Shown piece after piece: positions 34,067 through 34,090 of a stretch of 34,090 bases of DNA (within the stretch, counting starts at the first letter, position 1; the number at the start of each line of letters is the position of its first letter). The notes beneath the pieces are model-generated. The model saw only the letters and a list, made by a program, of their open reading frames with translations. It searched no databases and had not been told where the DNA came from. This stretch comes from Pelomyxa schiedti (taxonomy: Eukaryota > Protista > Evosea), in the NCBI GenBank assembly GCA_020536535.1, contig JAHLWZ010000979.1, forward strand, positions 1-34,090. The letters are read 5' to 3'. The position numbers and the translations under genes were made by a program.

Positions 34067-34090
34067 TGTCAGGCTCCGCAACAAAATGTT

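Noticed and set aside
1-34090. Prokaryotic defence operon, CRISPR array, tRNA/rRNA
   Set aside because: No repeat-spacer array, cloverleaf or rRNA-like segment was recognised by eye, and pervasive spliceosomal introns show the DNA is eukaryotic. No covariance-model scan could be run.

Overview
Gene-dense eukaryotic DNA with many short (mostly ~40-70 nt) GT-AG introns, GC-rich low-complexity first exons and very short intergenic spacers. The gene set (Roco protein, IQGAP-like RasGAP, paracaspase-like protease) and a recurrent N-terminal 'HxRxGxxxPL' header motif suggest an amoebozoan, possibly an archamoeba such as Pelomyxa; this taxonomic call is inference from recall, not verified. I reconstructed about 15 protein-coding genes by manual splicing: RING/TRAF-Zn-finger...WW protein, candidate 60-aa ORF, TTC39/IML2-like, SPRY-like, putative TIR-like-SAM-caspase(C14), PNPOx-like/nitroreductase fusion, two hypothetical proteins, a Hint(Vint-like)-domain protein, a Roco with pseudokinase, IQGAP-like RasGAP, TBC Rab-GAP, a Crinkler-like NTPase+PD-(D/E)XK nuclease, two tandem intronless paralogues and a five-HMG-box protein. 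No rRNA, tRNA, CRISPR or clear transposon was seen. The most interesting elements are largely hidden from the ORF track by introns: the SAM-paracaspase with a possible degenerate TIR, the Hint autoprocessing domain without a VWA partner, the CRN-type NTPase-REase and the 10-intron double-flavoenzyme fusion. Exon boundaries were read by eye and need RNA-seq confirmation.
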